Source: an uncultured delta proteobacterium (GTDB lineage: Bacteria > Myxococcota_A > Polyangia > Haliangiales > Haliangiaceae). Taken from it: 64,000 bases of DNA. The position numbers and the translations under genes are program-made. The DNA is taken from contig CAVUQH010000003.1 in assembly GCA_963743525.1 (NCBI GenBank), positions 1,024,001 through 1,088,000 on the forward strand, written 5' to 3'. The notes under the pieces were generated by a model that saw only the letters and a program-made list of their open reading frames with translations, was not told where the DNA came from and did no database searches. This document shows, piece after piece, positions 1 to 9,479 of this stretch (the first letter of the stretch is position 1; the number at the start of each line of letters is the position of its first letter).

Positions 1-545
1 AAGGTGGGCGTGAAGCCGATGCTGTAGCCGTAGGCTCCGGTGTGATCGCGCGAGGTGTCGGGCAGGCCATTGACCTCGTAGACGGGATAGGCGGTGCTGC
101 CCGAGCCGTTGCCGGCCCAGCGGATGCGATACGCAGTCGCGCCCGCGGCGCCGGAGCTGCACGGACCGCCGGTGATGATGCCGCCGCCGCCGGCGTCGGG
201 GGTGTTGCCGCCGCCGGCGTCGGGGGTGTTGCCGCCGCCCGCGTCGGGGGCGTTGCCGCCGCCGGCGTCGGGGGTGATGCCGCCGCCGGCGTCGGGGGTG
301 TTGCCGCCGCCGGCGTCGGGGGTGTTGCCGCCGCCGGCGTCGGGGGTGTTGCCGCCGCCGGCGTCGGGGGTGTTGCCGCCGCCGGCGTCCGCAGCGCCGC
401 CGCGGGCATCGACGCCACCGCCAGCTGCATCGACCGCCCGTTGCGCATCGGCGCCGCCGGCACCGCCGTCCTCGCCCAGGCGCCCGTGGCTACAGGCGGC
501 AAGCCCGAGCAGACAGGTCAGCGCGAGGTGCGGGGGACGCAGCAT
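1..545 (-). CDS. Lipoprotein with GGGNTPDA repeat linker (partial, runs off the left edge)
   Basis: Manual minus-strand translation from ATG at 545: MLRPPHLALTCLLGLAA|CSHG (lipobox LAAC), then repeats, then ...PCSSGAAGATAYRIRWAGNGSGSTAYPVYEVNGLP. Absent from the ORF track because no stop falls inside the window. Confidence 0.8.
   Translation of the reverse strand, partial: MLRPPHLALTCLLGLAACSHGRLGEDGGAGGADAQRAVDAAGGGVDARGGAADAGGGNTPDAGGGNTPDAGGGNTPDAGGGNTPDAGGGITPDAGGGNAPDAGGGNTPDAGGGNTPDAGGGGIITGGPCSSGAAGATAYRIRWAGNGSGSTAYPVYEVNGLPDTSRDHTGAYGYSIGFTPT
184..390. repeat. 24-bp tandem repeat, 8 full copies plus a partial
   Basis: Unit ccgccgccggcgtcgggggtgttg with minor variants; encodes GGGNTPDA on the minus strand. 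Confidence 0.9.
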
Positions 546-604
546 CGCGGCTTTCTAACGCACCCCGGCCCCGATCGATCCCTGTTCGTAAAACCAGCGC
601 GATA

Positions 605-1480
605 TCAGTTGCTTAGTGACCGGAGGAGGGCCAGGTTGCGGCGGTCGGCATCGTCGTCGGACTTGGGCGTCTCCAGGGTCATCGGCAGACCGCGGAAGCG
701 GCGGTCGTTGACCAGGCAGCCGAATGCCTCCAGACCGAGGTGGCCGTCGCCGATCTCGGCGTGGCGGTCGACGCGCGAGCCCAGCGGCTTGGCGCTGTCG
801 TTGACGTGGAACGCGCGCACCTCGTCGGCGCCGACGACGCGGTCCAGCTCGGCGAAGGTGGAGTCCCAGCCGTCCGCGGTGCGGATGTCGTAACCGGCCG
901 CCAGCGTGTGCGCGGTGTCGATGCACAGGCCGATGCGCTCGGGCGCAGCGACGGCGGCGAAGATGTCGCGCAAGTGCTCGAAGCGGTAGCCGAGGTTGGT
1001 GCCCTGGCCGGCGGTGTTCTCCAGCAGCACGCGGGTCGGGTTGTCCGGCTGCTCGTCGTGCAACCGGTTCAGCGCACGGGCGATGTTGGCCACCGCGGCT
1101 TCCTCGCCACTGCCCATGTGCGCTCCGGGATGCATCACCAGGTTGGGAATGCCCAGCGCCTGGCAGCGCCCGTACTCGTCGGCCAGCGCGTCGTACGACT
1201 TGCTCCACATGGCGTCGTCGGGGCTGCCGACGTTGATCAAGTACGAGTCGTGGACCATCGCCGGCATCACCCCGGTGGCGTCGCGCGCCGCCTGCCAGGC
1301 TTCGAGGTCGTCCTCGGTGATCGGCTTCGTCGCCCACTGCACGTTCGACTTGGTGAACATCTGGATGATGTCGCAGCCGGCCGCGGCGCCGCGCTCGAGC
1401 GCGCGGTACAGGCCGCCGGAGATCGACATGTGTGCGCCCAGTCGCAGCGGCGCCTGCGGTCGTATGTGCCTGCCACCCAC
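605..1480 (-). CDS. nfo: Endonuclease IV (AP endonuclease family 2)
   Basis: Motifs LGAHMSISGG, HDSYLIN, HPG, LLENTAGQG, CIDTAH, HVNDS, DRHAEIG, LETP. Start codon inferred (GTG 1480). Confidence 0.93.
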   Translation of the reverse strand: MGGRHIRPQAPLRLGAHMSISGGLYRALERGAAAGCDIIQMFTKSNVQWATKPITEDDLEAWQAARDATGVMPAMVHDSYLINVGSPDDAMWSKSYDALADEYGRCQALGIPNLVMHPGAHMGSGEEAAVANIARALNRLHDEQPDNPTRVLLENTAGQGTNLGYRFEHLRDIFAAVAAPERIGLCIDTAHTLAAGYDIRTADGWDSTFAELDRVVGADEVRAFHVNDSAKPLGSRVDRHAEIGDGHLGLEAFGCLVNDRRFRGLPMTLETPKSDDDADRRNLALLRSLSN

Positions 1481-1584
1481 GCGGGGCTTTTCGCAGCCTC
1501 GGCGCCGCCCGTCAACCCGCGCCGCGCCCGGAACCATGACGCGGATCGCGCTCACTGTCCGCCCGACGTGGTAGCGTCGGGGCC

Positions 1585-2187
1585 ATGAAGCGTTTGCTGG
1601 TCTGCTTGCTGGCGCTGACCTGGGGGGCAAAGATCGCCGCGGCGGACGGGGGACTGGACGCCACCGATCCGAACGCGAGCAACCGCGGACAGTTCGGGTT
1701 GTCGGCCAAGTTCGTCACCGGCTACCGCGCCATCTTTCCCTACGGCGATGGCTTCTACTGCGGTGACAACTCCGATCCCACGCGCTGTTTGGGGCGCTCG
1801 CCGCTGTCGGTCAACCTCGGCCTCAGCTACCGGGCGCTGGACAAGCTCGACGTGTTGATGGAGATGCGCCTGGGGCTCGAGCGCGACTTCGGCGTCGACC
1901 CATCGTCGCAGGGACCGCGCATTCGCATGTACGCCCCCGGCATTCGCGCCTACGTGCGCGACTCCGGCGGGCTCAAGGCGTTCATCGGCCTGCAGTTCGT
2001 CATCGACACCACCACCTATCCCCAGCACGACAAGACCGATTACGGCATGCGCGGGCAGATGGGGCTGATGCTCGACCCGCACCGGACCGTCGGCATCATG
2101 TTGTTCTTCGGACCTTCGGTGTCGTGGAGTCGGTGGCTCAAGTTCGAGATCGAGGGCGGCCTGGGCATCCAGGCCCGCTTCCCGTAG
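1585..2187 (+). CDS. Secreted protein, probable small outer-membrane beta-barrel
   Basis: Signal peptide MKRLLVCLLALTWG...; alternating amphipathic strands; ends GIQARFP. Confidence 0.6.
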   Translation: MKRLLVCLLALTWGAKIAAADGGLDATDPNASNRGQFGLSAKFVTGYRAIFPYGDGFYCGDNSDPTRCLGRSPLSVNLGLSYRALDKLDVLMEMRLGLERDFGVDPSSQGPRIRMYAPGIRAYVRDSGGLKAFIGLQFVIDTTTYPQHDKTDYGMRGQMGLMLDPHRTVGIMLFFGPSVSWSRWLKFEIEGGLGIQARFP

Positions 2188-3764
2188 GCGACCTCGCCGC
2201 TGTCGCCGAGCGCGCCGGGGTCGAGCTACCGGCGCCGCTGCTCGGCGCCATCGCCGACGAGATGGCCCGCGCCGGCGCCGCCGATCCGGCGCTGTGTGGC
2301 CGCGTCTACGAGCAGCGCCTGGCCGCCGACCGCGCGTCGCGCCGCGCCGGCGGTGCCTACTACACGCCGCCGCAGCTGGTCGACTACACCATCGATCACG
2401 CGCTGGCCGGCGTCCCGCCCGGCACCCACGTCCTCGACCCGGCGTGCGGCGGGGGCGCCTTCCTCCTGGCGGCGCTCGCTCGCGGCGTGGCGCCGTCGCA
2501 CCTGCACGGCGTCGACATCGATCCAACCGCGGTCGCCGTCTGTCGTCTGGCGCTGGCGCTGGCCGGCGCGCCCGGCGCGGACATCCGCCGCGGTGACGCT
2601 CTCGACGACGCCACGGAGATGCCGCCGGCCGACGTCGTGGTCGGCAACCCACCGTGGGGGCAGAAGGGACTGCGCTTCCCCAAGGCCCGCGCCGCCGAGC
2701 TGCGCAGGCGCTATCGCACCGCCCGCGGCGTCCTCGATCCGTTTGCGCTGTTCGTCGAGCGCGGCCTCGAGCTGGTGGGCGAGGGCGGGCGCGTCGCCCT
2801 GGTCCTGCCCGACATCGTCTTGCTCAAGAACCAGCGGCCGGTGCGCGACCTGTTGCTCGAGCATCGCCTCGAGCTGATCGCCCACGCAGGCCGCGCCTTC
2901 GCCGGCGTCAATCTCGACGCCGTGGTGCTGGTCGCCCGCCGCGGCGCCGCGCCGCGCGGCCACCGCGTGCACATCGACTTTGGCGTGCCGCCCGAGCGCC
3001 ACAGCTCGCTGCCGCAGGCGGTCTTCAGCGAGCTGCCGGGACACCGCTTCAACATTCATCTCACCCGGCCAGCGCTGGCGGTGCTGCGCCGGCTGGCGCC
3101 GCTGCCACTGTTCGGCGACCGCTTCGAGATCCACGAGGGCGTTCATACCGGCAACGCCCGCGGCAAGCTGATCGGCCGCGAGCCGGGCCCGGCGCGCGAG
3201 CCGATCGTCATCGGCCGCAAGGAGCTTTCGCGCCATCGTCTGGCCTGGGGCGGCGCGTGGATCGATCTCGCGCCCGAGCGTCTCGACCGCGACGGCGGCG
3301 ACTACGCCAACCTCGGTCGCCCCGAGTGGCACCGCGCGAGCAAGATCGTCGTCCGCCGCACCGGCGATCACGTGGTCGCCGCCCGCGACCCCGACGGCAT
3401 CTGGATCACCAACAACGCCTTCGTCGTGGTCCCGCGCGCGGACATGGACGCCGCCGCGCTGGCCGCCCACGTCGCCCTGCTCAACAGCCGCTTCATGACC
3501 TGGTACTTCCGCACCCAGGTGCCACGGGTCGGCCGGCTGTTCGCCGAGCTCAAGATCGAGCATCTGTCGGCCTTTCCCCTCCCGGATTGCCCACCGTCGG
3601 TCCTGGCCGAGCGCCTGGGGCCGCCGGGGCTGGCGCTGGAGCGCGCCGCCGCCGACGGGCGCCGCGACGGCGACGCCGAGGACGCCGTGCACGAGGCCGT
3701 GGCCGCGCTCTATCGGCTGGACGAATCGACCCGGCGGCTGATTGGCGGCGCGACCGCTGACTGA
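2124..3764 (+). CDS. N6-adenine DNA methyltransferase (gamma class, Eco57I/TaqI-like), no cognate nuclease seen
   Basis: GAYYTP (motif X), VLDPACGGGAF (motif I), VVGNPPW (motif IV), and a TaqI-C-like C-terminus (KIVVRRTG...LLNSRFMTWYF). Start uncertain (2124 GTG or 2262 ATG). Confidence 0.85.
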   Translation: MESVAQVRDRGRPGHPGPLPVGDLAAVAERAGVELPAPLLGAIADEMARAGAADPALCGRVYEQRLAADRASRRAGGAYYTPPQLVDYTIDHALAGVPPGTHVLDPACGGGAFLLAALARGVAPSHLHGVDIDPTAVAVCRLALALAGAPGADIRRGDALDDATEMPPADVVVGNPPWGQKGLRFPKARAAELRRRYRTARGVLDPFALFVERGLELVGEGGRVALVLPDIVLLKNQRPVRDLLLEHRLELIAHAGRAFAGVNLDAVVLVARRGAAPRGHRVHIDFGVPPERHSSLPQAVFSELPGHRFNIHLTRPALAVLRRLAPLPLFGDRFEIHEGVHTGNARGKLIGREPGPAREPIVIGRKELSRHRLAWGGAWIDLAPERLDRDGGDYANLGRPEWHRASKIVVRRTGDHVVAARDPDGIWITNNAFVVVPRADMDAAALAAHVALLNSRFMTWYFRTQVPRVGRLFAELKIEHLSAFPLPDCPPSVLAERLGPPGLALERAAADGRRDGDAEDAVHEAVAALYRLDESTRRLIGGATAD

Positions 3765-3778
3765 GGTACGATCCGCGA

Positions 3779-4731
<953 letters not shown>

Positions 4732-4735
<4 letters not shown>

Positions 4736-5841
4736 GCGGCAGCGAGCGCAGGATTCCGCTCGCCCGGCCGTCGATCGGTGACGGCGAACGGGCTGCCGCC
4801 GACCGGGCGCTGGTCTCCGGCCGCCTGGTGCTGGGGCCCGAGAACCGCCGCTTCGAACAGGCGCTGGCCGAGCTCACCGGCCGCAGTCACGCCGTCGCCA
4901 CCGCCTCGGGGACCGCCGCGCTGGAGCTGTCGCTGTGGGCGCTGGGCGTGCGCGCCGGCCAGCGGGTGCTGGTCACCGCCTTCGGCTTCGTCGCCGCGGC
5001 CAACGCGGTCGCGCGACTGGGCGCCACGCCGGTGCCGGTCAACGTCAACGCCGCGACCTGGAACGTCGATCCGGACGCCGCTCGCCGCCTGGCCGACGGC
5101 GCCGTTGGTCTGATCTCGATCGACCAGCTCGGCAGCGTCGCCACCGCCGCGCCGCTGGAGGCGCTGTGCGCCGAGCGCGGCATGTGGCTGCTCGACGACG
5201 CCGCCTGCGGCCTGGGCGGCACCGATCCCGCCGGCATTCCCGGCGGCGGCTACGGCCGCGCCGCGACCCTGTCGTTCCACCCGCGCAAGGTGATCACCAC
5301 CGGGGAGGGCGGCGCCATCCTCACCGACGACGACACCCTGGCCGAGAAGCTGCGGCAGCTGCGCAACCACGGCCAGCGCGGGCGCGGCGACTTCGCGCGC
5401 GTCGGCACCAACGCGCGCCTGTCGGAGCCGGCGGCCGCTGTCGGCGGCGCCCAGCTGGCCCGGCTTCCGTCGATGCTCGCGGAGCGGCGCCTGCTGGCCC
5501 GCGGCTACCTCGACCGACTTGCGCCGCTCATCGAGGCTGGCACAATAGCGCCCCAGCAATCGGGCGACGGATCGATGCACGCCTATCAGACCTTCGCCCT
5601 TCGGCTTGCCGAAGGCATTCGCCGCGACGACGTCATCGCCGCGCTCGACGCGCGCGACATCGAGGCCGGCCCGGCGACCTTTGCCTTCCATCGCCTGGCC
5701 AGCTTTGCCGCCGCCGCCACCGCGCCGCTGCCGGCGGCGGACGCCCTGCACGACCGCGGGCTGGCGCTGCCGCTGTTCTGCGGCATGCGCTCGGGCGAGC
5801 TCGACCGCGTGGCCGAGGCGCTGGCGGAGGTGCTGTCGTGA
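4732..5841 (+). CDS. DegT/DnrJ/EryC1/StrS PLP-dependent sugar aminotransferase
   Basis: SGTAAL, DDAAC, SFHPRKVITTGEGG; ATGA overlap with the upstream gene. Confidence 0.92.
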
Positions 5842-6809
5842 CCGCGGTCATCGAGGTCAAAGGGCTGGTCAAGGATTACCGCACGGCGTTCCTCCTGCGT
5901 CCGGCCCGCGCGGTTCACGACATCAGCTTCACCGTCGAGTCGGGGCAGGTGTTCGGCCTGATCGGTCCCAACGGCGCCGGCAAGACCACCACCATTCGCG
6001 TGTTGATGGGGCTGATCCGCGCCACCGCCGGCGAGGTGCGCCTGTTCGGCCAGCGTGCGCCCAGCCGCAGGTCGCGCGCGCGCATCGGCTTCCTGCCCGA
6101 GTCGCCGTACTTCTACGACTACCTGACCGCCGCCGAGCTGTGCGATCTGGCCGGGCGGCTGTGCGGCGTCGACCGCGCCACCCGGCTCGAGCGCACCGAG
6201 GAGCTGCTCGACCTGGTTGGCCTCGAGCGCGCGCGCAATACCCGGCTCAAGAAATACTCCAAGGGCATGCTGCAGCGGGCCGGCATCGCCCAGGCGCTGA
6301 TCCACGATCCCGACCTGGTAGTCCTCGATGAGCCGATGAGCGGCCTCGATCCGATCGGTCGCAAAGAGGTGCGCGACATCATCGGCAACCTGGGCGAGCG
6401 GGGCAAGACGGTCTTCTTCAGCTCGCACATCCTCAGCGACGTCGAGACCATCTGCGACTACGTGACCATCGTCGCCGCCGGGCGGGTGCGCGGCGCCGGC
6501 GCCATCCACGAGCTGGTCGACACCACCACGCGCGGCTACGATGTGTCGCTGGTGCTGCCCGACGACTTCGCCGCCGACGCCATCGCCAGGCTCGAGGCCG
6601 CCGCCGCCGCCGGGCGCCGTATCGAGGGAGAGCTGCGCCTGCGCGTCGACGCCGACGGCGACGTCGACGCCCTGCTGGCCCTGGCTCACGAGCTGGGCGC
6701 CCGCGTGCGCGCGGTCGAGCCGCGGCACGAGACCCTGGAAGACCTGTTCCTCGAGGCGACCCGCGCCGGTCGCGAGGAGTCGGCCAGGCTCGAGGAGGCG
6801 CGCCCGTGA
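5838..6809 (+). CDS. ABC transporter ATP-binding protein (PilH-like)
   Basis: GPNGAGKTT, YSKGM signature, VLDEP, SSH; GTGA overlap with the aminotransferase stop. Confidence 0.9.
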   Translation: MTAVIEVKGLVKDYRTAFLLRPARAVHDISFTVESGQVFGLIGPNGAGKTTTIRVLMGLIRATAGEVRLFGQRAPSRRSRARIGFLPESPYFYDYLTAAELCDLAGRLCGVDRATRLERTEELLDLVGLERARNTRLKKYSKGMLQRAGIAQALIHDPDLVVLDEPMSGLDPIGRKEVRDIIGNLGERGKTVFFSSHILSDVETICDYVTIVAAGRVRGAGAIHELVDTTTRGYDVSLVLPDDFAADAIARLEAAAAAGRRIEGELRLRVDADGDVDALLALAHELGARVRAVEPRHETLEDLFLEATRAGREESARLEEARP

Positions 6810-7600
6810 TCGGTCGGCTGTGGGCCATCGCGCTCAACACCTTCCGCGAGGCCAGCCGCAACCGCGTGCTGTACGGCATCGCCGTGGTCGCGTTCTTGAT
6901 GATGATGATGGCGATCGTCCTGGGCGAGATGTCGCTGCACGAGGAGGCGCGCGTCGCCCGCGACGTCGGCATCTCCGGGGTGTCGCTGTTCGGCGCGCTC
7001 ACCGCCATCGTCCTGGGCGTGACCCTGCTCTACGGCGAGATCCAGCAGCGGACCATCCACTCGATCGTGTCGAAGCCGCTGCATCGCTTCGAGTTCGTGC
7101 TCGGCAAATACCTGGGCATGGCGATGATGCTCACGGTCATGGTCGGCATCTTCACCCTGTCGATGGCGATCTTGTTCCACGCCCAGGAGGTGTCGTTCAC
7201 CTCGGCGCTGGTCAAGGCGGTGGTGCTGGCCTACGTCGAGGTGCTGGTCGTCGCCGCGGTCGCGGTCTTCTTCTCGTCGTTCTCCAGCCCGTATCTGTCG
7301 GGCATCTTCACCCTGGGCGTGTTCGTGCTCGGCCGTTCGACCGAGGCGATGCGCGAGGCGATGGGCGGCAAACATCTTTCGGGGCCGCTGTCGGCGGGGC
7401 TGCACAGTGGGCTGGCCATCGTCCCCGATCTACACCTGTTCTCGATCTCCGGATCGCAGGTCGATGGCCACCTGGCCACCGTCCACGGCGACTTCGTGTC
7501 GTGGGGCTACGTCGCCACCGCCAGCGGCTACGGCGCGCTGTACATCGGCGCGATGCTGCTCCTGGCCATCCTCATCTTCTCCCGCCGCGACTTCGTGTGA
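6806..7600 (+). CDS. ABC-2 type permease (PilI-like)
   Basis: AIALNTFREA start, several TM segments, VSKPLHRFEFVLGKYLG, ends FSRRDF. Confidence 0.88.
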   Translation: MIGRLWAIALNTFREASRNRVLYGIAVVAFLMMMMAIVLGEMSLHEEARVARDVGISGVSLFGALTAIVLGVTLLYGEIQQRTIHSIVSKPLHRFEFVLGKYLGMAMMLTVMVGIFTLSMAILFHAQEVSFTSALVKAVVLAYVEVLVVAAVAVFFSSFSSPYLSGIFTLGVFVLGRSTEAMREAMGGKHLSGPLSAGLHSGLAIVPDLHLFSISGSQVDGHLATVHGDFVSWGYVATASGYGALYIGAMLLLAILIFSRRDFV

Positions 7601-8244
7601 CCGTGCGCAGGAAGATCCTCATCGTGTTCGGCGTCATCGGCCTGTGCCTGGGGGTGGTCGTGACCCGCGCGGTGTGGGAGGGGCGCAGCGCTCTCAGCGA
7701 CGGCGACGACGCCGCCGCCCGCGGCGACCTCCACGAGGCGATCGCAAAGTGGCGGCGGGCCGCGCGCTGGTACGTGCCGCTGGCCCCGCACGTCGGCGAC
7801 GCCTACGACCGGCTGGAGACCGCGGCGCGCACGGCCGAGAAGGCGGGCGACATCGACACCGCGCTGCAGGCGTGGCGCGGCATTCGCGGATCGATCCTGG
7901 CGACGCGCAGCTTCTACACCCCCGAGTCCGACCGGCTCGAGCCGGCCAATCGCAACATCGCGCGGCTGATGGCCGCGGTCGAGGGCAACAGCGTCAACGC
8001 CGGCACCACCGAGGCCCAACGGCAGGCTTTTCACTACGCACTGCTCGCGCGCGACGAGTCGCCGTCGGTCTTCTGGGCGGTGGTGGCCCTGCTGGGCTTC
8101 GCGCTGTGGATCGGCGGCGCCTTCGGCTTCGCGCTGCGCGGGGTGAGCGCCGAGGATCGGCTGGTGCGCCGGGCCGCAGCGCTGTCGGCCGCCGCGGTGG
8201 CGATCGGGCTCGTCATCTGGCTCGTCGGCCTTTACAAGGCGTAG
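7597..8244 (+). CDS. Hypothetical membrane protein with a helical (TPR-like) extracytoplasmic part
   Basis: GTG overlapping the permease stop; one N-terminal TM and two C-terminal TMs. Confidence 0.7.
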   Translation: MTVRRKILIVFGVIGLCLGVVVTRAVWEGRSALSDGDDAAARGDLHEAIAKWRRAARWYVPLAPHVGDAYDRLETAARTAEKAGDIDTALQAWRGIRGSILATRSFYTPESDRLEPANRNIARLMAAVEGNSVNAGTTEAQRQAFHYALLARDESPSVFWAVVALLGFALWIGGAFGFALRGVSAEDRLVRRAAALSAAAVAIGLVIWLVGLYKA

Positions 8245-8265
8245 CCCGCGAGAGAGCATCGAGGC

Positions 8266-8775
8266 GTGCTGATCAAGGAAGACCTGGACTACCTGCGCGG
8301 GCTGTCGGTCTTCGCAGGCCTCCCCGACATCATCATGCTCGGCATCGGCGAGCACGCTCGTCGTCTCGACGCCACCGACGGCGAAGTGCTGCTGCGCGAA
8401 GGCGAGCCGGCCAAGGAGATGTTGATCGTCCTGTCCGGCAGCCTCGAGGTGATCAAGCGCAACCACGATGGCCGCGAGGCGGTGATCGCCATGCTGAGCT
8501 CGGGCGCGATCGCCGGGGAGATGTCGCTCATCGACATTCGCCCGAGGTCGGCCGAGGTGCGCAGCGTCGGCACGTCGTCGGTCGCCGTCCTCGGTCACGG
8601 CGACATCGCCACCATCTATCGCGAGGACCAGAAGAGCTACACGCTGCTGGTGCTCAACATTGCCCGAGAGATCTCATTGCGCCTGCGCCGGCTCGACGCC
8701 CTGGTGGCCCACCTGATCTTCGAGATCGGCGACGTCACCCGCGGTCACCACGGCGACGGCGACGAGCAGGGGTGA
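8266..8775 (+). CDS. Stand-alone cyclic-nucleotide-binding domain protein
   Basis: LLREGEPA..MLIVLSGSLEV, GEMSLID..PRSAEV; no HTH. Confidence 0.88.
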   Translation: MLIKEDLDYLRGLSVFAGLPDIIMLGIGEHARRLDATDGEVLLREGEPAKEMLIVLSGSLEVIKRNHDGREAVIAMLSSGAIAGEMSLIDIRPRSAEVRSVGTSSVAVLGHGDIATIYREDQKSYTLLVLNIAREISLRLRRLDALVAHLIFEIGDVTRGHHGDGDEQG

Positions 8776-8858
8776 CTCGCGATCGCGCAGATCTTCCTAC
8801 ATGTAGGGGAATCTGCGAATATCACGGGAGATTTTCCCCAGCGGTGGCCATTCGGGCC

Positions 8859-8867
8859 TGTGGATAA
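8859..8867 (-). promoter_or_regulatory. Perfect DnaA box
   Basis: TGTGGATAA is the reverse complement of TTATCCACA; intergenic. Confidence 0.55.
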
Positions 8868-8917
8868 TCTGTGAAGCGGCGGAGAACGACTGCCCGCTGC
8901 TTGTGGGCAGCCGCCGG

Positions 8918-9286
8918 CTAGATGATGCCGCCGACGTCGTCGGCGCGGTCGATCAGACCAGTCAGCCGGCCCTTGTTGTCGCCGTCGATTGAGACGATCC
9001 GCACACCGAAGCCGGTCGGGTAGTTGTCGGCTTCGGCCGAACCGGGCTCGACCACGCGGACGACCACGACCTTGCAGGTGACGAACTGGTCGTAGTCGTA
9101 CAGCTCGAGGTTGAGGGTCGAGCCGACCTTGAACGGGTAGATGTGGGCGACCTTGGTGTAGAGGAACAGGCCGCTCTTGGACAGATCACGGGTGCGGAAC
9201 ACGAACTCGCGGTCGGCCCCACTGACCTTTACGAAGGCATCTACCTTGACGCGCCTGGCTTCGCGGGAATCGCTTCGGTCGGTCAC
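8918..9286 (-). CDS. PilZ domain protein
   Basis: REARR (RxxxR) and DLSKSG (DxSxxG) c-di-GMP motifs; start GTG 9286 inferred. Confidence 0.88.
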   Translation of the reverse strand: MTDRSDSREARRVKVDAFVKVSGADREFVFRTRDLSKSGLFLYTKVAHIYPFKVGSTLNLELYDYDQFVTCKVVVVRVVEPGSAEADNYPTGFGVRIVSIDGDNKGRLTGLIDRADDVGGII

Positions 9287-9479
9287 GGCTCCCGATCTTA
9301 TCACCGCCGTCGCGCCCGCGAGCGCCCGTTTGTCGTCGAATTCGGCCGGATCCAGTGCCAAAAACCCCCGCGCCCCTGGCATGATCGTCCGGCGAGCACC
9401 CGGCGGGCGCCGGGCCCCGTCGTGACAGCTCTGGGGGCCCGTGCTATGTGCCTAGCCTTCCGCCCGTTTCGACACTCGA

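Noticed and set aside
184..390. CRISPR-like array
   Set aside because: The 24-bp units are contiguous with no spacers, are in-frame coding, and no cas genes are present.
8780..8915. Replication origin
   Set aside because: Only one perfect DnaA box, about 140 bp in total, no clear unwinding element and no dnaA/dnaN nearby.
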